Positions 26,301 through 40,600 of a DNA stretch of 64,000 bases are shown one piece after another. Source of the stretch: Octopus vulgaris (lineage: Eukaryota); assembly GCA_951406725.2 (NCBI GenBank), contig OX597819.1, positions 35,092,001 through 35,156,000 of the forward strand, read 5' to 3'. A model generated the notes under the pieces. The model saw only the letters and a program-made list of their open reading frames with translations. It did no database searches and was not told where the DNA came from. The number at the start of each line of letters is the position of its first letter. Within the stretch, counting starts at the first letter, position 1. The position numbers were made by a program, and so were the translations under genes.

Positions 26301-28094
26301 TTACAGTAACCATTAGTGGCTTATTTATACCAAAGGGGTTCTGCATTTCCATTACTTTTAGATACATGTTAAGAGAAAGCTGTATGTTTAGCTCCTTGAT
26401 TTGGGGATTTTCATATCTTGTCATGTCAACTGTTTGCAGGTTGGTTTGGTTGCCACTGAGATGAGTCTAATCATGAAACAAGTCCTGCTCAATGTAAAAT
26501 ACCCACAATCAGTGCTAGAGCCAGTGAGGCTATCTAAGGATGACTAGGCCTGATGAGATTGGTTCTAGACTTTGGGCTAGAGGTGGATACCTCATATGTG
26601 ATTCCATTATTTGTGGTTTTTATTCACTCCATCACATATCCTAAATGCTGTGGTAGAGGTGGGGGGTTACTGAATCCATAGCTGAGTGGTGCAAATATCT
26701 GAAATATTGTAATTTTCTGCCGAATTATATTTTTTGATTAATGACATTTGATATGTCTAGGGGAACTATGTTGCTGACAACAGAGTTTTTGTTATCGTTA
26801 GCGGTTCATCTGACTGAAGTATTTGGTGATTCTCATGAAGGTGCTTGGTTGTGCCTCAGCCATTTGGTCACCCATGGTAATACCATGAGTAGTTTGGGTT
26901 ACCTTAAACATTTTTTATTGAAGTGTGCAATTGGGTGGATGCTTGTTTGCTTTTTTAACACATTGTTATTGTCCATTTACTTTTGTGAGCAGTAATAAAT
27001 CTTTTCTACTCTAGGCACAAAGCCCAAATTTTTTGGGGGAGGGAAACAGTTGATTAGATTGACCCCAGTATGCAGCTAAAAGAATGAAAGGTAAAGTTGA
27101 CCTCGGCGGAATTTGAACTCAGAAATACTATTTCTTTACTACCCACAAGGGGCTAAACACTGAGAGGACAAACAAGGACAGACAAACGGATTAAGTCAAT
27201 TACATTGACCCCAGTGCGTAACTGATACTTATTTAATCGACCTCGAAAGGGTGAAAGGCAAAGTTGACCTCGGCGGAATTTGAACTCAGAACGTAACAGC
27301 AGATAAAATACTGCTGAGCATTATATGACAGTAATATAAGTTAGTTATGAGAAACAGTAACTTAACACTGAAGTATTTTATTGGAAAATCTCCAGTTTGA
27401 TCTGCTTAAGTTTAAAAACTGTTGGGTGAGGCATGTGCAATTATCAACAGGAAATAATTTTTCTTTAACACTAATTCCATAGCATATTTAGAAAAACATA
27501 TCACATGAAAATTAGTCATTAAACTAATGTTGTTGTTGTCTTCTGTATAATTATTTTTAATTTGTTTTTTGATTCTCACTACAGTGAATATGTTGACACA
27601 AAGTTTTTCAAGTGAAAGAAGCATAAAATTGGAAATTTCTAGAAAGACTGGGAAAGTTTCTGACAGGTATACAAATGTTGTAGGTCATGCACTGGACTCT
27701 CAGCTGTTGGGAATGATTTCACACGCACACTAGGTTGAGCTTGTATAGCCCAGTTATGTTGGTGCCGTTTTATTGTCAAAGCCATCATAGCAATACCTTC
27801 ATGCATTATGTACAACATGCTTTGCACTCTACACTGTGTTTCAAATGAGAATATGGTCTCATTTTAAACATAGATATCCTGTGACTCTCTTTTACTCTTT
27901 TACTTGTTTCTGTCATGTGACTGTGGCCATGCAGGAGCACCACCGTTTAATCGAGCAAATCAACCCCAGGACTTATTCTTCGTAAGCCTAGTACTTATTC
28001 TATCGGTCTCTTTTGCCGAACCGCTAAGTTACGGGGATGTAGACACACCAGCATCGGTTGTCAAGCGATGTTGGGGAACAAACATATACACACG

Positions 28095-28132
<38 letters not shown>

Positions 28133-31100
28133 CGACGGGCTTCTTTCACTTTCCGTCTACCAAATCCACTCGCAAGGCTTTGGTCGGCCCGAGGCTATAG
28201 TAGAAGACACTTGCCCAAGGTGCCACGTAGTGGGACTGAACCCGGAACCATGTGGTTCGTAAGCATGCTACTTACCACACAGCCACTCCTACGCCTAATA
28301 ATGAAAAGTAAAAAAAAGAAAAACTGTACATTATTCCAAAAGTTGAAAAGAAAAAAAAATTTGAAATCCTAAACACATTCAATTTTAAATAAAGAATTAT
28401 CAACTAGCATCATGGTTTATTCTGCAGTATAGGACAGTGAGAATGCTATGGATATTTAAATTGAAGTAAAAAGTGGGTGGGATAGGGGATGTCAAAGAAT
28501 TGATGTTCTGGGAAAGAATGAATCTATATATATAAATGGCAAAATGTCTGTGTGTGTGTCCTTTATACAAATCCACAATTTTTCAGTTAGAGGGCTCGCA
28601 CTTTCTATGCTCATTCAAAACCGTCCAAGGGTAGTCGTGCACATCTTTACATTTCCCCAGTCACCCCGTAAAGCCATTAAAAAATCAATAAAAGTGACTT
28701 TTTTTGTGAATTTTCTATCCAAAACCCAATCAAAATGCCCGAAACTTGATATGCCAATTGAATGCCAGCTAGCTGTATGTGATTGGTCAGAGATTTGGAC
28801 AGTACTTGCGTGTATGTGCGCATGCACGCAGCTGTATATGCATGCACTAGCACTATGACCCGATGTTGCCGGGTCATAGTGCTAGTGAGTTAGAAAAGAT
28901 CTGTGGTGCAAGGTACTGTATAAAAGCAGAGGAGGTGTTATATGGGCTTGGTGGATTTTGTATGCAAATACTGCTATGGAACAGAAACCATTGTCTCATA
29001 GTAAAGAAAAAGTGTAGAGAGACAGCATACCTATGAATCAAAGATTGTGGTGATTTGGTAAATAAACGTTTACTAATTAGTCAGATGGCTTTCTTTTAGA
29101 TAGGGGTCAAGGGTGTGTGTGTGTGTGTATGTAGAAGCAGTATTATCTCACATGTGAGTACAGTGTTCCATTGTGATTCCTGAACTTTGTACAGATTTAG
29201 TAGCAGATCAGAACTGAGATATTTCTTAGCTGGTTTAAGTTTTTATCTATGTTATGAATGCTAGGAAAAATCATGAGAGTTTGTGTTGGGCTTAGCATGT
29301 GTAGCAAATTTAAAGGTTTTACTTGCATTAAGCTGGCAGAATCATTAGCATGCTGGGCAAAATGCCTAGTGGTATTTTGCCCGTCTTTATATTTTGAGTT
29401 CAGACTCTGCTGAGGTCGACTTTGCCTTTCATCCTTTCAGGGTCAATGAAATAAGTACCATTTATGCACTGGGATCGGTGTAATCGACTGGCACCCTCTC
29501 CCCAAAATTTCAGGTCTTGTGCCTATAGTTGAAAGGATTATTACATAGTGACATAGATATTTGTTCCTTTGATAAGTACTGTGATTGTGCCCTTGCATTG
29601 TTGAATGAGATGATATTACTACCATATGAGGCACGTGGCCTAATGATTAGAGCAGCGGACTCGCGGTTGAGGGATCGCAGGTTCGAATCTCAGACCGGGC
29701 GATGTGTGTGTTTATGAGCGAAAACACCTAAACGCCACACGGCTCTGGCAGAAGGTAATGGCGAACTTCTGCTGACTCTTTCGCCACAACTTTCTCTCAC
29801 TCTTTCCTCCTGCATCTTGCAGCTCACCTGCGACAGACCGGCGTCCCATCCAGGTGGGGAACCTATATGCCAAGAAACCGGGAAACCGGCCCTTATGAGC
29901 CAGGCATGGCTCAAGAAGGAACAAACCAAAAAAAAAAAAAAGACAAACATATAGCATCGCAATTCATGTACATGTTTCATACAGTTTGTATTTGTGTATG
30001 GAGAAAGAAACTTTTTGTTATTGCTTTTGTGTACTAACAGTCAGTTCTAATAGAACAAGCTCTTTGTATAGAGGTACTATGTTGAAAAATTAAGTGCAAA
30101 CTGATGATGATGATGAAGCTATATGTACAGTATGTCAGATGTGCAACAGCTTCACCTAGTTCAAGAACACACTGCGTAATCCAACATATAGGGGTTTATC
30201 ATATGCAGTACTATGTTGCATTTTCTTCAAGTTTCTCCACTCTTCGGTTTGAACGGCAGTTTTTTAAAATAATTTTCACGTAACTAAACACTTTTAAACT
30301 TCGTATACTGGTAGAATGTGTTTATAAAACATCTTTTTCTCTTGGCTTTATTGAGAAAATTCTATAGTTTGTGAGATATTTGTTGTTTTTTTGTCTTCAA
30401 TTTCTGCAATTTCAACCAATCAATGACGTCTATTGAGGTGAAAACATTCTGTACTGTATGAATATGTCCCTCGTTTAAGAAACAGATTGGGTTTATTTAC
30501 ATTTGTGAAGAAAAAAAGATACCCTTCCCCCCACCCCAAACTCTAACCCACCCTAACTAACCCTAACCCACCCTAACTAACCCTAACCCTAAAACAGATT
30601 GAAATGCAATAGATTGATACTAGGGTCATAATTATAGGTGACAATTTCATATGACACCGCTAGAAAAAACTACCGTTCAAACCGAAAAGATCCCGCCTAG
30701 GTTCTGATGAAAGCCAAAGAAGTGGGCGAGGCAGAATCACTTGTGTAGCTGGTTGCCCACAAGCATGTATAATTATGTTGCAGCCAAGATTAATGTGGTT
30801 TTTTAAGCTAGCTTTTTTTTTTTTTATCTTATTAATATGCTTTTAGCATCTTTTTAAACAGGTTATTCATTATTTTGTTATACACAAATAGGTTTTTAAA
30901 ACAAAGTGACCAATAAATTTTCTGGATTTTTTTCTAAATTTTTAAACTTTAAAACCATTTTATTTAAACTTTCCATGTGAGATACTGGAATTTTATATTT
31001 TGTCTCCAGTTTGCCACAAAGATTGAATACCACAACTTTAGTTACTATACTTTCTTTACAACCAATTCCATTACTAATCAGTATCAATTATGTCTAGTGA

Positions 31101-34100
31101 AATGTCAGAGTTCATGATGTCCATTTTAAGTTTCATATGACAGCTATTACTACTGTCTATCTGTCATAGCAAAGTTCTGATTTCCTGTTAGTCTACAAGA
31201 AATTCTTATGTATTTATACTGAATACACAATATCAAGTTTTTTCCTACAAATCACTCACCATTTTCCAAATGGCACTTGAATTTTGTACTCTCTGTTGCT
31301 AACAAGCAATTAGATCTATTGACCCATAGGCTTTTGAACTCTGGAACATTCTTTCAGACTTGGGTCTTTCTAAGCTTCCCTTTAACTCTTTCGTTACCAA
31401 CCTGGCTGAAACCGGCTCTAGCTCTGAGTACAAATGTCTTGTTTCCATAAGTTTTGAATTAAAATCTTCCACCAAACCTTAGTCACAATTTATGTTCCTA
31501 ATACTAGCTGAATGATAACTAAATTATTTTACTAAATTCTTTGTTATATTTAAAGTAATTGAAACAAATACAGAGCATCTCAAAATAAATACAGTAGCGA
31601 AAGGGTTAATAGATGCTGCTATTTAAAACAAATGAATACCAGCATATAAAAATATCCTGAGCCACTGACCTGAAGCTTTTATATGTTGCCTCCTTTTGAG
31701 AATTACATCAGTTATATGTATGCATACTTGCGTTAAAAAATATTTTTCGTTTTTTGTCTCCAATAATAGGTGCTGGTGAACACTTGGAAAATACAATGAC
31801 TGCATTTCGACAGTGAGTAAATTAATGATTTCAGTTAATTCTTTTTTCTCTAAAAATGTACAAATGTTTTCTATTTCACCACTTCATACTTCATTAAAAT
31901 CAATTAATTTAATCTTGACTTACAGATCTAATAGAAAATATTTGAAAATATAAACTTAGATAAACATGGCAATATTAATGGGGTTTTGCTTTGACAGGTT
32001 AGGTGTAACCACATATATAACTAACCAAATTAATTAAAGGTATTTTTTTTTCTTAATGAATTTAAACTTTCAAGTTGAACACAAATGACTGCTAAGTCTG
32101 ATTTCACTTTTGATCTTTATTAACTACTGGCAGAGATACCCAGCCTTGCTCGGGATTAAAATAGCATAGTTTTTTTATTGTTTTACTTGTTCCAGTCATG
32201 TGACTGCAGCCATGCTGGAGCACCGCTGTTGGTCAAACAAATTGACCACAGAATTTACTCTTTGTAAGCCTAGTACTTTATCAGTGTCCTTTACCAAACC
32301 GCTAAGTTATGGGAATATAAACACAGCAATATCAGTTGTCAAGCAATAGTGGGGATACAAACGTGCACACACACACACACACACAAATATCTATACATAT
32401 AAATTTGACATGGACGATTCTTTCTTGTCTTAGGATTCACGATCAAATGACTGGGTGGAATTGGACAAAAAAATTACACAGATGTGAAGAATGATCCCGT
32501 GGTGATCCTAGGCTTTGTATTTTTTTCATAGCGCCCATGGTTACCGAGATAATCTACTCTAATAATACTCTTGTGTCTATGAATGAGAAAGGAAGGGGTG
32601 ATAGATGAATAAGGAAGGAAGGGGTAATGTCATACTTGGTAGTGGGATGATGAAAAAATAAATCAAACAGTTTCAACTCTGTATGAATATATGTGTGTAT
32701 CTATGTAAAAGGGTGGGTGTGTGTTTGTGTGACTGTGTGTGTGTGCACACGCAATGGAAGCGGGATGGTTCCTCTTTGTTCGCTTAGTATTTGGGTATAT
32801 TTTTTTGATTTCACTGTTTTTTCGTTGGTCAGTTATTTCTGGTATCTTTACAGAGAAATGTTACTCTAAAATTGTTTTTTAACATAAGCATGCCCAAACA
32901 AGTCGAATGCTTACACATGTCAAAAGATCAGTCAAAAGGGGTGGAGGATTTTGTAGAAGAGGTACTGTAATCTTACAGGTGGAGTAGCGCATGCCGGGAG
33001 TTTCTCCAGTCCACTTTTTAGCTCTGCAAAATGGGCAGATTGTGGACATGCAGCCTATTTGAACGTCACTGTAGTCAATTGTAGGATCATAGTTGAATGC
33101 TGTCATTGACCAATGTGAGGATCATGGCCTTGAGTAGGAATTTCGTGCAACCCTTCGCTGAGTTGTAGCTTCGAGTTGTTGTTGTCTTTCCCCTGTAGTT
33201 GTCCGTAGCATGCGCAGCATGCTGAATGTTGCTCATTGCTCTGGGCAGCTCGTTGCAGAGGAGTGTTGGTGTCTGTTACTTGCATAGGTCTTCCTTGGAG
33301 GCACATGGCCTAGTGGTTAGAGCAGTGGACTCGCGGTTGAGGGATCGCGTGTTCAAATCTCAGACCAGGTGATGTGTGTGTTTATGAGTGAAACACCTAA
33401 GCTCCACGTGGCTCCGGCAGAAGGTAATGGCGAACTTCTGCTGACTCTTTCGCCACAACTTTCTCTCACTCTTTCCTCCTACATCATGGAGCTCACCTGC
33501 GACGGACTGGCGTCCTGTCCAGGTGGGGAACCTTTACACCAAGAAACCGGGAAACTGGCCCTTATGAGCCAGGCATGGCTCAAGAAGGAACAAACAAAAA
33601 TAGGTCTTCCTTAATTATTGAAATAAACTCGGTTGGTTTTCAGCTAAAACATTTGTGTGTCAATGCCTGAAGGGAAATCATGGGTATGGAGGAACTTTCT
33701 AAAAAAACTGATTAGGAAAGGTGGTGTAGAACATATGTGGTCCAGTAGGGGTGATTAAAGAAAGGAGAATTGTGGATATTTCTGGTGAAGAAGTGATATG
33801 CAACTTGCTAATATATTAGCAGGTTAACAATTCAGTCACATCTAGAAAAAATACTTAATAAAGTAACTTCTTCATCGTTGCTTGATCTACTGGAAATAGC
33901 TGCCAAATCTCCAATAAATAACAATCTGAAACATATTGGATAATATGGATAAGCTATCTTTGGAAAAGAATGACAAGATGTTCATTGTTGGAGTTCTTTG
34001 ATCATAAGTTTGCTTGATCAAGGCTGATGAGAGTGTAAAAAACAAACAACCTTGTTTATAAAAGAAAAGTAAACAAACATCATTTAATCACAAAATTCAC

Positions 34101-34566
34101 TTATGAGAAAGAAAAGTGGATTATGCTGGAAAGAAAACCTTAAATTTATCCATTGGGATATCTATCCTTTTTTTTTTTAATATTTATAAACATTGGAGAC
34201 ATCCATACCAACCTTTCTCATCTCTCCTCATACACTCCAAACATTCAAAAGTGGGGCCTCTACTTAGGTACATTCTTTGCAACACTAATAACCATCTTTA
34301 CATCTTGTCTGCTAAGTCTGATTTCACTTTTGATCTTTATTAACTACTAGCAGAGATACCCAGCCTTGCTCGGGATTAAAATAGCATAGTTTTTTTATTG
34401 TTTTACTTGTTTCGGTTATGTGACTGCAGCCATGCTGGAGCACCGCTGTTGGTCAAACAAATTGACCACAGGATTTACTCTTTGTAAGTCTAGTACTTTA
34501 TCAGTTTCAAATAAAAAGAAAATACAATTCATTAGTTAGTCTAGCAAAACATTTTTGCCTACTAGT

Positions 34567-34628
<62 letters not shown>

Positions 34629-37600
34629 TCTCTCTCTCTCTCTCAATTAATCAATCAATCAGTCAAACATAATTTATTGATTAATCCAATTTCTAGCATC
34701 AAAGTAATCTGTCAAAGCCTGCAAGTGATTTTTATCTTTTCATCAAGAGAGAAGGGCAGCGTCCATGACCCTTTACAAGACTTCCAAGACTGGTCACAGA
34801 GAAGGGCGGGAAGAAAGTATCTTTCAGCCACAGAGTGAACTTTGCTAATTGCATCCAACAGCCAGGTGGTAGTGTTAACCCTTTTGATACCAATCCGCCT
34901 GAAACTGCCTCTGGCTCTGTAATACAAATGTCTTGTTTTCAAAAGTTCTGAATTAAAATCTATCAAACCTTAGTCACAATTTATATTCCTAACACTAGCT
35001 TGATGATAATTAAGTTATTTTACTAAATTCTTTGTTACTTAAAATTAATTGAAAGAAACACAGAGTATCTAAAAAAGCAAATATGGTAACAAAAGGGTTC
35101 CCAACTGACAGATTAAGTCTACCACCTAATTTGGTGATGGCAGGATTTAAACTTAGACCACAAAGAGCCAGAACAAATATTGCATTTTTATCATTCCACA
35201 AAACTTTACTCTGATTCTCGAGTCACACAATTAAGTGATAATGGTTTTTCATTCTCCATTTTATTATTAACTTTCACATCTTTGAATAAGAAATGATTTC
35301 CTTATTCTACTTCTCTTGAAAAAGAAATATTATAAATTCAAGTTTGAGGTATATTGAATACATTTATTTTTTTTCTTTGCCTTGAATTTATATAAATCAA
35401 TAAGTAATTAGAAGACCCACCACCACAACAGAATTGAGATGCTAAAACCAAGGTGCCATGTAAAAAGCATTGCTGATGGTACCACATAAAAAGGACCCAG
35501 TACACTTTGTGGAGTTGTTGGCTTTAGGAAGGGCATCCAAGCATAGAAACCAGGCCAAAACAGACTGTGGTATCTGGTATGGCCCCTGGCCTTACCAGTT
35601 CCTGTCAGGCTGTTCAACCAATGCCAGCATAGAGAATGGATATTAAATGATGATGATGAATTAGATTGAACTATTTAACTCAACCAAAGTAATAATGGTT
35701 TCAAATTTTGGCACAGAGCCAGCAGTTTTTGAAGGGTAGGGGAAGTTGTTTACATCGATGATGAAAGGCAGTCAATCTCGGCAGAATTTAAACTCAGAAT
35801 AGAAAGGCAGAAGAAATGCTGCTAAGCAATTTACCTGGTATGCTAACAGTTCTGCCAGCTTGCGCATTATAAATCAACCCAAGTAATAGTGTACTTGCCT
35901 TTGCTACAAACACATTATTCCAGTCGTGTGATTGTCAGTATTAAAAATCTTGTGTTTTATGGATTAGTGTAAAATCAAACCAAACAAAAGTAATTTTCCT
36001 TTGTTTTAAAAATGATGAATGACTTACTATTTTACAGTGCTACAAACACAGGAACAGAAATGTTGGAACTAGATTGTCATCTAACTAAAGACAACCAAGT
36101 TGTTGTTTGCCATGATAACAATTTGCTTCGAACATGTGGTTGTGCTGTACTTATATCCCAAACAGATTATAAAGTGAGTAGATATAAGGTTCATAGGTTT
36201 GTTCTTTCCTGTATATTGTACATTATTGCTTATTGCTTGATTGACTGAATATTGTTTTAAGAATGAGATAATTACCTTATAATTTTGTTATATATCCATT
36301 TGTCTAATAAGCTTTACATTACATAAGTACTTCAAAATGTATAGTGGTTCCTATATAAAAGTTAAACTTCTATTTGATGTGTAGGATATTTTAAAAATAA
36401 TTCTGTGTTGATAAAAATTTTTGAGATGTTGACCTTAATCCTTGCTTAATTTATTGTAGAATACATTATCGCTGATGAATGGAGTATTTGTATTGTTAAT
36501 AACTGCACAAAATTATATAAAGGTATAAATGGAGATAAACAATTGTTGATTTAGTTACAATATCAAGTATTGAAGATAGTAATCCTCTTAATACTTAGCA
36601 CAAGATGGGGTTGAAAGTTGTGTTTGAGTCATCATAAAGCCAAATGCCATTTTATTTATTTGCAATAATTCAGTGAAAGTAAAAAAGAGAACATAATTAC
36701 AATAAATGAATAGTAAATAAAATTTAAAAAAAAACAAAAAACAAAACAAAACCAGTAAGCAAATAATCCAAATATAGGCATGCACACTCTCTCAATTATA
36801 CATTACAACAAGCGACACTGTTGTTTCCCTCTAAAATTCTGAGACACTCAAACATTCATAGCATTGCTCCAGGAACAAAAGCACAAAAGCACTTTTTCAA
36901 GAATCATCTGATAGTTCTGCATTATGGTCTGCATTTATTTATGAATGCAGTGACTCCCACCTCCAGTGCAGCATCAAGGATGTGTGATAAAACAAATGAA
37001 TCACTAATGGTGGTTGACATAAGTATAAGAAAACAAATAGGAAAACAGCAGAAGTTCTTAACCAGGGTCCATATGACCCCAGGGTGGGGGATTGATGCAA
37101 GCGAAATAGTAAATTAGGGATTCACAAGTCATATTTTAAAGGTCCATAAAAAATTTTGATTTAGTTGGGCATAAGAGGCATAAGAGAGATGACTGCACTG
37201 GTGTGGTCATGTGATGCGTATGGATGAGGACAACTGTGTAGAGAAGTGCTGATCTCTAACTGTAGGAGGAACCTTTAGAAGAGATAGACCTAGGAGGCAT
37301 GGGATGAGGTAGCGAAGCATGATCTTCAAAAGTTGGATCTCACGGAAGCGATGACAAGTGATCAAGACCTTTGGTGATTTGCTGTGCTTGAGAAGACTCG
37401 TCAAGTGAAATTGTAATTGTGGCTTGTGTCAGTGACACATAAAAGCACCTGTGCCGGTGTTACATTAAAGGCACCCACTACACTTTTGGAGTGGATGGCA
37501 TTAAGAAAGATATCTAGTTTTAGAAATCTAGGCAGACTGGTACCTTGTATAATTCTTCAGCTGGCCAGTTCCAGTCAGACCATCTAACCCATGCCAGCAT

Positions 37601-40600
37601 GGAAAGTGGATGCTATATGATGATGATGTATTTATTGCAAGAAACGGCTAGGTTTCTTCCTCTAATATTTTACATAGATCAACCTACACAAGTGAATGTG
37701 TGAAAAGCAAAATAGGAATTTTGAAAGAAGTATCTGTGAAACTAGTTTTTAAACACTGAATGGCTGTAGGGGCCCACCAGAATAAAATTGTAATCAAAGG
37801 GGTCCATTCATAAAAAAAAATGGTTGAGAACCACTGATCTAGAGAAAGCTTTGTATTCTGGTTATCATTTGAAAAACAATGTAAGGATTAAATGGCTTGC
37901 AAGAACTATTCAAGTTAATAGGAATGGGTAAAATAAGATTAATATCCTTACTGAAGACTTTCAGGTTCAAGTGGATGTCCCTAAGTCTCTCCCAAGTCCA
38001 TTTCCCTTTCAGTCTAAATCTAAAACCATGCAAGAGCTTCATAATGGATGATTTAGCATTGTTGATAACCTGTATGGTGGACCTCTACAACCCATATGAG
38101 TATGGATTAAAACTGTTGTTAAAATTATGGGATGATGCATACAATCTGACAATACTTGACATATACAATTTTTCACTTACATTTATGCTTATTATCAAGC
38201 CAAGTTACATGGCAATGTTCAGATATTTTATTGGAAAAAAAAAAACAAGAAATAATGTAGAAATTTCAGTATGCTTCACAAATTAATTTATAAGAGCAAG
38301 AAATTGGGATCTCTGCATATTGTCATTGAAAGTAGACTGACAGCAATGTGGTTTTATTCTTTTACTTGTTCATTCCAAACCCTTGGGGTTAACAATATTC
38401 TTGGTTTTGCTGTGTAATACTACTATAAATAATAAACAATTAGGATTCCCAACTCTTAAAGTACCCACATAAAGCTGACTGTGTGAAAAAGCATGTATCT
38501 GCTATTTTCAGTCCAACAATTTATGATGATAGCCTTTTGAGGTTTATTAACGGTCAAAGTAAAACTGAGTCAACAGGAAATTAAAACCTTTGAAGTTCAA
38601 AAATGTAAACCAGTTCAATTTACTGCTATTCTAGCACTGAAACAACTGACACTAGCAAATTTTCCTGACACGATTGTGGCTTCCTGGGCGAGAGGTATAA
38701 TATTTTTGATGAAAAGGATAATTTCTTTAGAAACATATTTTATTAGTAAGACTTTGTCAATTTTTCTATTCTGATTTATTCTTCTTTGGACATTTCAGGA
38801 TTTACCACCTATGAAAAATGAATTACCCCTAGATTTCAACCCCAGTGAGTATTGTCTTGGTTGATTATTTAAGTTGATAAAACTTCTGTATAAATGCATA
38901 AAATATAAACTTAATTTCCATTAATCCTAGTCACTAATAAAAATGAATAAATGTTATGTTTTATATATTATCATTATTATTCATATTTTCTATATATAAT
39001 ATATCTCATGTATTATTTTTTATATTATTATTCACATTATATATATATATTATTATTCTAAATATAAAGTAGGATCTGAGGCATGTTTTAAAAGAATAAT
39101 CATGCTGTATTATGTAATAATTCTAGAATAAATTACCATAAACATTTCTGCATTTAGCACAAACATTTGAACCACAAATATAATAATTTTAGTTTGAATT
39201 TCAACTGAGTCATATCTACCAGATAAAGTATAAAAATTGTAAGCTAATCAGAAATTCTTGTCTAGTTAGTTCAGTAGAATAACTCAAAATGGATATGATG
39301 GTTTGAGCAGATATATTATTAAAGTATTTCAGTCTTTTTGTATGCCAGGGCCTACATTGTCAAACCTATCTTTCCATTTTCAAAGACAGTAGTGCATGAC
39401 TTGAGCTAGATTTACCCAATGGTTCCTTTATTTTTAAGAGGTTACGGTATGATTGAAGGTGATTTAGCTGATATTTATATCAGGTAGAACTACTACATGG
39501 AGGTTCCATTGTTGGCTCATTAACAAAGTCATTTCATGGCTTCAGTGCCTCTCCACTTTCCTAGTTCATTTGTGCTTCCCATTTATTATGAAAGCTATTG
39601 AAGAACATATTGAGGTAGAATCATTTTTTTAAATAACAATACTTACCCAGTCTTGTCAATCACGATTTCATTAATTTTATGAAATTATTGACATATTTAG
39701 AAACTAGTTCACCTTCGTTTCATTCCCTTGCAATAATTTACCTTGCATGCAGAGATATCCTTGTCTCAAAAACTGTTCAAAGGAGAGAGATAAAATACAT
39801 TTTTTTATACAGTTCTTATCTGATATTACTTTTTGATACTGTCTGGTTAAGATTTTATGAAAGGAAATTACCCTAGTTCTACTTTTATGATTATTCTGTT
39901 TTATTTTGTTTGTGTGTGTATGTGTGGATGGAGTGTTCAAGCTAAATTTGATAGTTTGTTTAAAAGAAAAAGAGAACACAATATCCCATTCAAAAATAGA
40001 AATATTTTTAAAAAATCAAAAGATATCAACTATATTATGGCTGAGAGATAACAGTTTATTCAAAGATGCCACCCTCAACTTCCACCATTACCTGAAGACA
40101 GGTCTGGAACCTGGTGCATGTATTCATAACTCCTAACTGTCTCTGGGAAGATCTTTGAACACCTTCTTGATCTTGGCTACAAGTTTTGCCTTAGTGTTGC
40201 AGATGGAGCAATTAGTGTCTCTCTCTCTCTCAACTGTGACACACACAGTAATCCATAGGATTAAAATCAAGGGAATTAGGAAGTCAGAAATTGGAGCTTG
40301 TGAAGTTGTAGAAATTCTCTGACAACCACTTGTGACCCTTCCCAGAGGAATGACAAAGAGCCGAATCTTGCTGCCATACATATGGCCTTACAGAAGCAAC
40401 CCTTTCTAACCAAGGTTTAACAACAGTCTCCAGCGGCTTCACATAACCATCTGAATTGAACCTAAGGCCCTTACCAAGGAGGTGGGGTGACATGACATCA
40501 CTCTCACTGGAGACTCACCCTATGTCCATCACAGTCCTGTTGTCCACAGCTTCTTAATCTCCATTGCAGCTGTCCATGTCATGTTTTACAGCCCTTACAG

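Larger units (their letters stand above)
32089..34505 (+). repeat. 197-bp direct repeat pair (32089-32285 and 34309-34505)
   Basis: Constant offset of 2220 nt, a few substitutions. Confidence 0.9.

Noticed and set aside
29628-29700. tRNA-like cloverleaf with A and B boxes (also 33297-33370)
   Set aside because: Continues into a shared ~300-bp body with an A-rich tail and TSD, so it is a SINE head rather than a tRNA gene
30704-30745. CTGATGA-AAGCC..GGC motif (similar decayed motif at ~21079-21135)
   Set aside because: GAAA box and stems I/III cannot be formed
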